Source: Lama guanicoe
Taxonomy: Eukaryota
Length of the DNA: 64,000 nucleotides
Assembly (NCBI GenBank): GCA_013239625.1
Contig: MU054187.1
Span: forward strand, 12,565,325-12,629,324
Direction: 5' to 3'
Below are positions 13,101 to 25,002 of this stretch, in pieces (the stretch's first letter is position 1; every line of letters begins with the position of its first letter). A model generated the notes under the pieces. It was not told the DNA's origin. It saw only the letters and a program-made list of their open reading frames with translations, and searched no databases. A program made the translations under genes and the position numbers.

Positions 13101-14025
13101 TTGGGATGACAGCAGCACTGTTCCTGGCCACACTCAGCTGTTAAAACTCTAGTAAGTGTTGGCTGGCTGCTCTGTTTTTCACCAAAATGTCCTAGAGCAT
13201 AAATTCCTCTACAAATGAATCCAATCAAAATATGGCTCTTTGGACAGAATAGTTTCTGAGGTCAGTGTTTGATATGTGTTCTGACCCAGGAGGACTCCTC
13301 CCAGCTGTCTTATTTCCCAGTTCTCTCCTGCAAATTAGCCATCCTACAGTCTAGGCTTTTTCTTCATTAGACACACAAATCTCCTCCCAATTGCCTTTTA
13401 CCACAACCTCCACTGTTCCTGAGAGTGCTTGTAAATTAAATTTCTCTAAGCTCTATTGCAAATGAAGTCAGTATCTGTGGGGAGAGATCAGGAACTATCT
13501 GTTTTATGACTGCTTCTCCTCCAGGTAAAAATCTCTGAGCTGTTTCTGGAGCTGGGGGTGGGGACAGTGGCAAGCTTCTCTCTGGGTGACAACCCCATAG
13601 TAGGAGCCTCAGTTCCACAAGTAGGGACTGAGTGAAAGTAGGAAGCCCCCACCTCTCGACTATACTTGCCTGGGACTTATCTCCTGTGGCAGACATTTGG
13701 GTGCAAGACGAGGAACATTGAAGTCTTGCTGACTCTTGGGAAGAAAGCCCTGAGAGGGAGCCCTGTGTTCCTGGCTGCAGCGGTCTTGAGTGGAGTGTCT
13801 GCCTTGCTATGCTAGGTGTGGGGTGGGGAGAGGGGTCTTGATTCAAATACCACAATCTCTCACTTTTCTTATAGAAACTTTCTTAGGTTTTCTTGAGTAG
13901 ATATTTCTTCAGTTGCTATTTACACTTAGGACCATTTCCAGAAGCTTTAGTTGCTTGCTTTTTAATAATTCTCACTAGTTTCACGAAGGAGTGAGTCAGT
14001 GGAATGCTTCATGCTGACATGCCAT
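9540..14025 (-). mobile_element. L1MB-type LINE-1: 3' end and ORF2 C-terminal half joined at ~12367 to ORF1/5' UTR; interrupted by MLT2
   Basis: Poly(T) then 'acagctttattgaggtataa' 3' end; antisense ORF2 (ORF-track [36 protein letters not shown] is L1 RT); L1M 5'-end-like 'cttcatgctgacatgcc' at ~14020. Confidence 0.85.
9713..10170 (+). mobile_element. MLT2 (MLT2D-like) solo LTR nested in L1, with (CT)n(CA)n at ~10060-10130
   Basis: 'tgtgatggttaatttgtgtgtagatttggctgggccac...ttgtttctctggagaacactaactaata'; L1 3' UTR resumes on both sides. Confidence 0.88.
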
Positions 14026-15677
14026 TATTCACAGCACTGTGTTGTTCTTGACAACTGTCCACTGACCTGACATTATGAAGATTCATACAGCTCAGCCAAT
14101 AAGAGAGTCTCTTGATTCATTGTGGGAGTTCAGGGCCCTACAGGTATCCATTTAAACATAACCCTTCTTTGTATGGAGCTGCTCAGATAATTTGAATCTG
14201 GGATGCTCTACGAGACCCAGTTCCCAGTTCAGTCCTTTCTAAACATTTTTCTATGACACAATGGTAACATTTTTTTTTGTCTTTCACAGTTAACAGCTGT
14301 ATTTAGACAGTGTCCTCTTTAAGTCAGTCTTGATGACATAATTTCTTGGGTTTAATATTAGAGTAGCTCAACAGCTAACATTTTAAGTTGCCACTCACCC
14401 TCTTGTTTATACTGTCAGCAACAGCCAAGCCAGAAGGCTTGGGCAGCGCAGTTGAAGAGTAATAGCAGAGCTCTGCATGTGTGGCCTTACCCTGCTGGCG
14501 CTTCACGTGGAGCTGCCAGGCTGGTCTAGAGGCAAATCTCTGATGTGCTGGCCTGTGTTACTTGTGATTGTTTGGGATGAATTATGTAGAGGTCTGTCTA
14601 GCAATTTGTGACAGGCAGAGATCTTTGAGTTTTTACCACTAAATAGTGATATAAACAAAAGAGGGCAGAAACACTGTTTAACTGTATTGTACAGGAAAAC
14701 GTACAATTTCTATTTCCATCACAGAATATACTCAAATATCTTAAATCATATGTATCATTCTCTCTATAAAGGAGAGAAATGCCTACACAAAAAGCAAAAC
14801 TGAGTCATTTAAGGGCTTATAACAAGGAAAGATTTAAAATGGTTAGAGATATAACAAATTAGGCAATATTTGTAAGAGACAGAATTCTTAAGCTTTATTT
14901 TATATATGACACTACTCACTCAGATCTGATTTTTGTACATCTTTCATTGGGATTAGAAAATCAAATGTCAAGGAAATTTCCCACTCTTGGTTATAATATT
15001 GCAAATGCCTTCTTTCATTAAATACTTCATTCCCTCCCTTTTCATGATAGGTACATTTGGGCTATATAGGGACTTCCAAATCTTTAGAGTTAAAAGTCTT
15101 TCCAGTTTTCAGTTGAAATGGATTTTTTGTTTTGCCAGAATTGTCTTGCCATGGTTTTTTGTTTTTGTTTTTTGTTTTTCTGGTAATGAAGAAGAAGCTC
15201 TCATCATGGAATTTTTCATCCAACTCAAGTTCGTACAGTATTCAGCTGAATGTGCATTACCCCAGGTACAGTAGGCATTTAGTAGGACTCACTTCTTTAG
15301 GAAATAACAGCTATTCAAAAAGGGTGGTGGGGGGCAAGGAAGGGAAGGAGAGGAAGGAAAAAAAGAAAAGTAATAACTCTTCTAAGGACGTAGTTCAGTC
15401 ATGGGGTATGTGCAGATGAGTTTTTTTCCCTTTTTATTGTGAGGAATGTCTGAAAATCATCTGTTTGACAGATCATACATCATTCTTGACCTTGTCATTT
15501 TAATCCAACAGTAAATAGAAAACAAATGTTTTTCTTTCTTGAAGGTATGATTATGACATCTTGCAAAAGCATTTTTAGTAAGTTAAATTAAAGATAATAA
15601 GCTATTTTTTACTCTGCTATTGTGTAGAAAAGAGACAGCATCCTATGGAGTTGTTTTAATTACCCTATCGGTATGCA

Positions 15678-15696
15678 TTGTGACATCTGGTGGCAC
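15678..15696 (-). promoter_or_regulatory. Candidate CTCF site (weaker)
   Basis: Minus strand GTGCCACCAGATGTCACAA, one G>T deviation from the core. Confidence 0.4.
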
Positions 15697-16457
15697 TGGT
15701 GAGCTCACCTGATGGACCACAAAGAACCCTGATTTATGAACCCATAATTGGGTTTCCGATAAACATTTGTCAAAATAATATATTAGTTCAAACCAAAGCC
15801 TTCTTTATTTATTCATATAAAAGAGCACTTAACTTTCAACAAAGAATTGCCTATCATCAAAAACACTCTGTAAATGAATCAAATTTATGAAGACACGGTT
15901 CTAGTGGGTGACTGCTCAAAGACTACAGCTTATTTTAACTCTTTAGAGGACATAGCGTTCGAATTTGCTTGTTTTCACCATATACCTTCATACTTTTAAG
16001 TCCAAATAATGTATATTTTAATATTCACTTGTTAAGGTACATGTTATAAAATGAATCTAGTGACTTTTAAAAATGTTATTCAGTTATGAAATTAGTATAT
16101 CATTAGCAGTTATCATTTTATAGTTATTTAAAATTCTGTTATGACAACATATTTTTATCCATTCTTATTTAATTTACTTCTAAGTAAGAATAAAATGTAC
16201 ACTGGCCTCATACTAGTTTGTAAAATGGTAAGGCTTCTGATAAGGGAATCATCATTGATCTTTATTTTAAATATTTCAGCCATTTTACATGTTTACTTTT
16301 TAACAGATTAGTCTTTGTTTCTCTTGGAGGTTCACGTCACTAAGTAAGATAAGTAATTTATACAAAAGCGTGTATGTCTTGGAGCCTTCACTTTGTAGAG
16401 CACATTATTACAGAGCACCTTATGAAGCATTATTTTAATATTTAATAGTCACTATCT

Positions 16458-17008
16458 TCTTTTTATTGTGGTATAATATTCAGTTTTGAGTATACAATTC
16501 AGTGGCATTAAGTAATTCACAATGATGAACAACCATCATCACTGTTCATTTCCAGAACTTTCTTCATCATCTGGAACAGAAATTCTGTACCCATTAAACA
16601 ATAGCACTCCATTCCTCCCTCCCCAACCCCTGAGAAACCTCTATTCTATTTTCCTTATTAATTTGACTGCTGTAGGTATCTTAAATAGTTGAATCATGCA
16701 ATATTTGTTCTCTTGTGTCTAGCTTATTTCATTTGTAATGTTTTCAAGTTTCATCCATATTCACGTATCAGAATTTTCTTCCTTTTTATGGCTGAATAAT
16801 ATCTCATCCTATGTATACACCACATTTTGTTTATCCACTCACTCATCTGTCAGTGGACACTTGGGTTGTTTCCACCTTTTGGGTATTGTGAATAATGCTG
16901 CTACAAACATTCATGTACAAGTATCTGTTTGAGTCCCTGCTTTCAACTCTTTTGGAGTGGAATTGTAAGAACATGCAATAATTCTATGTTTAACTTTTTG
17001 AGAAACCT
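16458..17008 (-). mobile_element. L1MB-type LINE-1 3' end
   Basis: 'tttttattgtggtataa...caattcagtggcattaagta...ggacacttgggttgtttccaccttttgg' antisense L1 3' UTR. Confidence 0.85.
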
Positions 17009-17202
17009 CACTGTCCCTTAAAAATTTATTAAAAGTGTCATTCCTTATGCTAAGTATTGGAGTCATCCTAAGTCATGATACTGTTTGAAAATGTTAATAT
17101 ATAAACAGGTTAAGTTCAGCTGTTCACATCAATAAGGATTTAAAGAACACTGATCATATTCCAAGTAGAATGCTAGCCATTGAGATCACAAAGATAAATA
17201 AG

Positions 17203-17706
17203 ATATTTTTCTTTCTCTTTCTGGCTTACTTCACTTAGAATGACATTCTCCAGGGATATCTATGTTGCTGCAAATGGCATTATGTTGTCATTTTTATGGC
17301 TGAATAGTATTCCATTGTATAAATATACCACATCTTCTTTATCCAGTCATCTGTTGATGGACAGAAAAATGAACATAAATACAAAACAGAAACAGACTCA
17401 TAGACATAGAATACAAACTTGTGGTTGCCAAGGGGGTGGGGGGTTGGAAGAGACAGACTGGGAGTTCAAAATTTGTAGATACTGAATAGAATAGATAAAT
17501 ATGCAGAATAGATAAATAAAATTATACTGTATAGCACAGGGAAATATATATAAGATCTTGTGGTAGCTCATAGCGAAAAAAAATGTGGTAATGAATATAT
17601 GTATGTCCTCGTATAACTGAAAAATTGTGTTCTACACTGGAATTTGACACAACATTGTAAAATGACTATAACTCAATAAAAAGTTTTAAAAAAATTACCA
17701 AACAGA
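17203..17706 (+). mobile_element. Young camelid-type L1 3' end with 5' inversion (17203-17362 antisense), inserted in an L2 fragment
   Basis: 13-bp TSD aaagataaataag at 17190-17202 and 17707-17719; AATAAA and A-rich tail; joining the flanks restores an antisense L2 3' end. Confidence 0.92.
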
Positions 17707-18280
17707 AAAGATAAATAAGGTAAGGTTCCTGATCTTAAGGGATCCTTATAATCTCCAAGTTTTAGAAAATTCAGTCACCAGTAATAGTCTCAAGTCTGCT
17801 ATAAAATTTGGTGAGCTTTATTTATTAAGTTATGAAGCTGAAATGAGTTTTTCATACTTCTGTTAACTTTTTGACAAAAAGTATAGAGGCATTCTTGAAA
17901 TTATGAACCATATGGGGTGGATTTCTGGTAAAGAAAAGTTGACCCTGAATAATTTTGTGATCAGATCTAGAATAATTTTATGTTTGGAGGATGTAAAAAT
18001 GTATTTACATGCAGGGATCTCAGCCTGGGGTCTATGAGAAGAAGATTAGAGAGGAAAGATTGTGGGCTATAAGGTAAACTAAGAGATTCCCACTGGTATA
18101 TTCTCTACCTGTAATTGGAGTGAAAGCTTAATACATGTAAGGGTGGAACAAGGTTCACCACTACTTCTAAAGAATGGTGATTTACTTTTGAAAAATATCC
18201 CTGGGACCTTCTGGGCCTTTTCAGGATAGAGCAGGGATCATCCTGCTGAAGTTCTTTGAGAACCTATCTACCCAAATACA

Positions 18281-18308
18281 TAGGGTTAGGATTAGGGTTA
18301 GGGTTGGG
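18281..18308 (+). repeat. Short interstitial telomere-like (TTAGGG)n array
   Basis: TAGGG TTAGGA TTAGGG TTAGGG TTGGG. Confidence 0.75.
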
Positions 18309-20289
18309 TCAGTTTGTCCTCTGCTACTTTTCAGCATTTTTAGAGATTTGGGTTTGAGGTCAGAATCCCTCTGAAGGTATTATTTGAGAATTCATGGCTG
18401 GCCCTTGGAGGGGTTCCAGTAATATTTTCCTTCTATTTATAATAAGTGATTTTCATACACAATGAATATATTCAATTTATAGGTGTTTGAACTTTTTGGC
18501 CTACATGGAAATTTCAGATTAAAAAGCAGATCTAGGATTTATTTCTGAATAAAAAACAAAAAGAAATTCCTTTTCTTCTCTCATCTTAGAGTGAAAGTAA
18601 GGCCAATGAGCTGTCTCTGTCTTTTATTTGAAGCACAAATCAAACAGTGGTGTTGCTTTGCTTCAAATTAGTATTCTAGTGTATTGGGAAAGGGGAACTT
18701 ATATCCTGGCCTTGTGTTGATCCTTGAGTATACACTGGCTGATAACTGGTGAGCTGGATTTAGTGGACTCCATTTCTAGATAATATATTGGCATTTGATC
18801 CTGAAGTCTGCAACTAATACAACTCCTGATGTAAGTTTAAACTCAGCTTTGCCAGGACTTGGTGGTTCATCCTTTCTGGCATGGCCTTACCTTGGCTCTC
18901 ACTGATGCTGCATTTGTCTCAAGTCTCTACTATGAACTGCACATAACACTGGTTGCCTCCTACAGCCTCTTCTGTGGATCTCCTTGTTCTTCAGCATAGA
19001 AACCGCACCATGACTGCTATCCTATTAACTTCTCATTCTTTCCTCAGGGGTATGGGGAAATCTTTGGGTTTATTCTGCTAAATGGGAGATTAAGAATGAT
19101 AATTAGGCTCTCCTTTTGCATGACTACTCTTCTCTGCCTTTTTTTATTTCGTTGGGGCTGTACCCATATTAGCCTTGCACAGTGTGTTTTGTTCCTGACT
19201 CCCAAAGGACAAAAAGCCCCTTTGCCCTCAACATTCCTTTTATCTTACCTAAGAGTTTTTTTTCCCCCTCTTTGGGACTTCAGCCTGGAGAGGGTAGGTT
19301 AAGAAATACTTCGCTTTTGCTGCTTCCCTTCCGTCTATCTTCCTTCCTCTTCCCCAAAGCTACTTGCAAAGGAAGGAACAGACTTTCATGCTTCTTGCTG
19401 TCTTACCTGGACTTCTTTTATGTGTAAATCTCTAACCAAGTTGGCCATATCTTCCTCTTCACTCATTAAACAAGGAGATAAAGGAATTAAAAAAAATCCT
19501 TTTCTCTCATACAAAGCCTGGTTTTCAAGACTATTTTTTATCCTTGTTGACTTGAAAATTCTATTTTGTGGCCCAAGTGATTACTACCTTTTATTTCTCT
19601 TTATATTAATGCTGCAACAATCCTAATCTCCTCATCCCACTTCTCAATGAAGATGGATACCTTAGGATGTCTGTATGGTATGTAAAAGAGGAAAGCCTGT
19701 TAATATATTTCAAAAAATGTTACGCTTGTTATCTATGATCAAGTGACTATTTTAGTTCATCTGACTTGCATGTGACATTAGCCTATAAGTGAAGATAGGG
19801 TTAGACTAGCTCAGAAGAAAATGTGGCCTGTGCTGATTGATATGTAAGCTGGTAAATGTTCCTTGACTGTATCCACTAATGATAACTTGTGGATTGACCT
19901 TTAGATAATCCATTCTCACTTGCCAGGACCCATTTTCTAAGATTTGAGTAAAGCAAATGGTCCAGTCCAGCTATAGCATAAATCTTTGTGGACATGATAA
20001 AGATAATGTTGGATATTGAGAGATCTTTGCAAGAATCACTTTTTAAAAATACATAAAAATTGGCTTATGAAAAAAATAATACTCTAAAATAAAATACTCT
20101 AAAAAGGTTTTAGATAAACAAAATAAAACATAAAAAATGAAAATGTTTTGCCTGCCATGTGTAATGTACTATTGAATACTTTCATCATTAGATTTTATTT
20201 AAGATGGTCCAGCCAAGTACCAAACTTATACATGGCAAGTGAATACCATAACACCATGAGAATGCCTTTATCTTTGCATGATTACAGTG

Positions 20290-20405
20290 TGTTTTCTCTA
20301 TTAGACTTTAAGCAACTTGAGACCAGGACTGTGTCTTATTCACTTTTGTAATCCCAGACTCTAGAGTGATAACTGAAACATTGTAAATACTAATGTGTTT
20401 GCTGT
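20290..20405 (+). mobile_element. L2 LINE 3' end fragment
   Basis: 'ttagactttaagcaacttgagaccaggactgtgtcttattcacttttgtaatccca'. Confidence 0.65.
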
Positions 20406-20646
20406 CTGTATAGATCTTTGCTGATCTCTGAATAAAAGACTTATGAAAGTGAACATAAAGGAAATGATGTATATCTCTTTTTAGTGTTGTAAGCTTGGGA
20501 CAATACTCCATGACAAAGGAAGCTGATAATTTGAATTTTAACTTGTGTTGACCCTGAAATGAATTTGAATGGCCCACTTTTATACTAGGCAGAGATTTGG
20601 GGCAAAGCAGATTTCTTGGCAATCTAATCTAGCTTAAAACACTGTG

Positions 20647-20748
20647 GGGAGTGGGGAATAGCTCAGTGGTAGAGTGTGTGCTTGGCATGTATGCGGTCTT
20701 GGGTTCAATCCGCAGTACCTCCATTAAAAAAAAAAGTATACAAAATAA
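20647..20748 (+). mobile_element. tRNA-Ala-derived camelid SINE (Vic-1-like)
   Basis: A box TAGCTCAGTGG, B box GGTTCAATCC, ends CTCCA plus A tail; TSD aaaacactgtg (20636-20646) / aaaactctgtg (20749-20759); TT|AAAA target site. Confidence 0.9.
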
Positions 20749-22369
20749 AAAACTCTGTGAAATGTTCTGGTTATTAGTCTTCACAAGCTATCAAGTCAGG
20801 AATCCTATAACATTTATGACACCGATAGGAGTTTAAAAGTGTATAATGTTTCATTTGATGTACTGCAAGTACTCTCAATTGGGGTATCTCCTCGTCATAA
20901 CATCATACTGAAATACCAAGGCAACTTTTAAAAAATATTTATACAAATGTTAAAAAAATAAAATAAAAAAACCTTGTGAGATGAACAGCAAAATCAGTTC
21001 TTTGATTTTTAATTTATGAGTTGCAAGTCTTTGCTTTTTAGGACTTGAAAATATTTAAATTTTCCCCATTTCTAGCCAGGTATAAAGTAAGGGGAATATT
21101 TTGGTATGAAAGTTTAAAGAATTTTAATGGCAAAAATAAAGCATTGTTGGTTCCAGTTGAGTAAGTGTTTTGAGAATTGTTATTGTTTTATATAAAAGGT
21201 TATTTGTGCATGTAAGGGAAACATACTTTTGTGATAAACCTATTACATAGTCATTGTGCTATAACAGAAGTCTTGTTACTTTGTAAAAGCCCCAATATTA
21301 TGATTACTGAGTGCTCAGAAATGTTCTTTGAGTGGTTATAAACAGATCTGACCAATAGATATGGTGAGGTAAGCAGTTTATAAATCTCTTTGAGGGATTT
21401 TTAGTTTGGGTTGCCCCACCAAAAAAGGAGTATTATTTGGCATGCCTATGGATATAATGGTATGCTGGGCAGCAGGTCTGTGGCCTAATTCAGCCAGAGA
21501 ACATGCATTAACAAATTGGCTCGGTCAATGATGTATTATGCCTGAAAGAAGTCAGCTGAATGCAGTCTACTGGCCATGGTCATAGAGCAACACAGCTTTT
21601 TTTCGTCCTCCCGTTAGGCTGACTTTTCTCTTGGCTTAGCACTTAACAAGCTCCACATGCAAAACTGGATGATCCTGGTTGTTGTAAAGAGGCCTCAAAG
21701 TGTGCATTTTGGGAAAGAAAAGAAATACTTGGATTAAATTTTGTGTGTTAATCTTTTGGAATGTGTGTGGATCAGACTCAGGGAAGGAAATTGATAGCTT
21801 CATGGTGAAATGTTGGCATACCATTTCTAACTTCCATTTGTCAGCTATAGAGGGGAAGTGTTCAGGGTCAAAAACACTTGATTAATTTGCTAACTACAAA
21901 GACAATGAATGGACAGAATGAGTGTGTCATTGTACTATTTGGAATTAAAACCCAGTATAAAGTCAAGCCACTTAATTAGTCCTTGAGTCAGTTGGTTGCA
22001 ATGGACTCTTCATTTCTTAGTAATTTTGTTAGGTTCAGTAAGAAGGCAGAGCATGACTGTTAGTATGGGGTTGCCTTTATGTAGAATAGAAGTATAGAGA
22101 TTTAAAATTTAGAGCAGTGGTTCATTAGAAATGATTCCATTCGTTTGGCACTCTTTAATAATACTTTTCAGTTTTTCTTTGCACTGCCCAGAGGATGGAC
22201 ACATGTCACCTTTAACAGCATATTTCTTCATTGAGTTCGTACTTCTAATTTTATGCTTGATGGAAGTTCTCAACTGATGATATGCCAGCTTTCTGAATTA
22301 AAAGTGTCAATAAGGCCTTACATTTCTGAGAAAAATAGCACATGAATTGTGTAACAGATCCATTTGTTA

Positions 22370-22622
22370 CTAATCGGACTAGAGTGTGCTTCAGTGCAAA
22401 GAATGCCCAAATCTCAGTGGCTTAACAAAACAAAGGTTTAACACTCACTCAGTGCTACGTGTCCACAGAATGGCTGGCAGGATCTCTGCACAGGTTGACA
22501 AGAGGTTCCATTTGGACAGATGTTTTCACGATTACATTCAAAAGGGAACATGTTAAATCATATCCTGGCTCTTAAAGCTTCCACTTCATATCCATTCACA
22601 TTGTGTTGGTCAAAGCAAATCA
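22370..22622 (-). mobile_element. Old MLT1 (J/K/L-like) LTR fragment
   Basis: 'ccaaatctcagtggcttaacaaaacaaaggttta...cacattgtgttggtcaaagcaaatca'. Confidence 0.65.
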
Positions 22623-22624
22623 GT

Positions 22625-24903
22625 ATTTGCTTACCCCAAAGTCTCAAAAATTTTCTCCTATGTTTTCTTCTGGGAGCTCTAAATTTTGACATTTAGGTTT
22701 CTAAGCCATTTTGTGTTTTGTGTGTGTGTGTGTGTGTGTGTGTGTATGGTATGAGATAGGGATTGAATTTCATTTTTTCCCAAATGAATTTGTTGTTCTA
22801 GAACAATTTGTTGAAAAGTCTGTCCTTTCCCTACAGAATTATGGATTGTCTATTCTGGTCCATTACTGTATATGTCTTTCCTTAGGCCAGTGTGTACTGT
22901 TCTGATTGCTGTAGTTGTAAGTTTGAAGTAAGTAGTGTAAGTCCTATAACTTTGTTTTTTGTTTTTTAAATTATTTTCATTGTTCTAGGTCTTCTACAGT
23001 TCCATATATATATTGTATTTTACAAAGAAGCCTCCTGGGATTTTGATTAAGCTTGCTTTGAATCTTTGGGCCAATTTAAGGAGGGGAGATTTATATCTTA
23101 ATCCTATTGAGTTTTCCAATATTTCTTCACCTACCTTGGTCTTTAATTTTTCTCAACAATATTTTATAATTTTCAGTGTATGTATTTTATTAAATTTATC
23201 CTTAAGTATTTCATTTTTCATGCTAATGTGAGTGGTATTATTTTCTCAATTTCATCTTCTAATTATTCATGCTAGGATACATAAATACAGCTGATTTTTG
23301 TAAATTGACTTTGCATCCTGTAAAATTGCTAAATTTACTTATTAAATTCTAGTAGCTTTTGGGGGTAGATTTCTAAGTATCTTCTATGTATTAATAGTTT
23401 CTTTTGCATGTTAAGATAATTTACCTCGTGTTTTTCAATTAGTATACCTCTTATTTCATTTCTTGCTTTATTTCACTAGTAGGACCTCAAGCTGAACAAA
23501 AGTTGTTAGAGCAGATATCTTTGCCTTGTTTCTGATCTTTTGGGGAGAAATATTGTCTGCATTCTTAAGCATGATGTTAGCTGTAGGTTTCTAGTGGCTC
23601 TGGGTTTTTAGTAGATACCGCTTATCAAGTTGAGGAAGTTTTCTTCTAGTCTCAGTTTTCTGAGATTTAAAAGATAAGAATGAGTATTGAAGTTTGTCAA
23701 ATGTAATTTCTGCATTTATTGAGATGCTCAGATATCTTTTTTTCCCTTCATTCTGCTAATATGATGAATTACATTGACTTATTTTCAAATGTTGTATCAA
23801 TCTTGTATTCTTGGGAAAATCCCACTTGCTCATAATGTATTGTACTTTTTAACTATTACTGGATTTAATGCTTATATTTTATTTAAATTTTTGCTTCTCT
23901 GCACATAAGGCATATTAGTCTTAAATTTTTTTCTTGTAATGTCTTTGCCTCTTACTAATACTGGGAAAAGACTTGTCTCAGAAATCAGCTGAGGAGGGGT
24001 CCATCCTCCTATTTTCTAAGAATTATTTTTAAAGAATGAATGTTATTTTTTTCTTAAATATTTGAAATGATTCAACAGTGAAGCCACCTGGGCCTGGAAT
24101 TTTATTTATGAGAAAAGTTTAATTCTAATTCAGTTTCTCTAATTGATATGGGGGACATTCAGATTTTCTTTCTTCTAGTTTTGCTAATTTGTGTCTTTAA
24201 GGAGTTTATCTATTTTATGTAATTGATCAAAAATATTTTGCATAAATTATTTTATAGTAGTCTCTTCTTTTACATATCTGTAGGATCTTAGTGATTTTCC
24301 TTCTTTCAGTGCTAATATTAGTAATTGAGTTTTCTTTTGTTTAGGTGTTTTTTTCAATTTTATCAAATTTTTCAAAGAACTAACTTATATTTTATTGATT
24401 TTCACTTTTCTTTTCTGTTTTATTATGTTCTACTCTTATCTTTATTATTTCCTTTTTCCTGTTTACTTAGGTTTAATTTGCTTTTCTTTCCTAGTTCCCT
24501 AAACTGAATGCTTAGACAATTGACTCAATTTTTTTCTTTTTTAATATAAGTATTTAAACTGTTAATCTCTCTCTAAACATTGCTTTAGATGACCTCTCAA
24601 ATTTTGACATGGAGTAGTATCATTTTCCTTGAGTGCAAAATATTTTTAGAATTGTCTTACGATTTTCCCCCCACAAAATCAGGTTGGTTCCTTGACTTAT
24701 GGATTTTACAAAAATGTGTTGCTCAGTTTCCACATATTTTAGAATGTCCCAGATATTTTTCTGGAATTGATTTCTACTTTAATTCAGTTGTGGCCCCAGA
24801 AAGTACTTTGTATGACTTTATCCATTAACTTAATGAAATTTGTTTTGTGGCATTAAATTTATTGAGACTTATTTTGTGTCTGTCTTGGTGAATGTTTCAT
24901 GTG
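22625..24903 (-). mobile_element. Old L1M ORF2 fossil, with (TG)n at ~22718-22745
   Basis: Antisense ORF2 motifs 'gatgttagctgtagg', 'tcaagttgaggaagtt', 'cagtgaagccacctgggcctgg'. Confidence 0.8.
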
Positions 24904-24905
24904 TA

Positions 24906-25002
24906 CAGTTGACCCTTGAACGACATGGGTTTGAACTGAATAGGTCCACTTAGATGGGGATTTTTTTCAATAAATAGTTGAGATCCTCTGTATCTGTGGT
25001 TT
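24906..25002 (+). mobile_element. Tigger2-like TcMar DNA transposon left end
   Basis: TA followed by 'cagttgacccttgaacgacatgggtttgaactg...ggtccactta', a Tigger2-type TIR. Confidence 0.75.

Noticed and set aside
13436..13855. 139-aa ORF on the minus strand
   Set aside because: Lies in the GC-richer 5' region of an old L1; no recognisable protein similarity.
19020..19630. Possible spliced exon (pyrimidine tract plus CAG at ~19045) and short ORFs
   Set aside because: No transcript evidence and no recognisable protein; such acceptors are common by chance.
20652..20723. Functional tRNA-Ala gene
   Set aside because: A tail, TSD, extra 5' G-rich bases and stem-disrupting substitutions mark it as a SINE copy.
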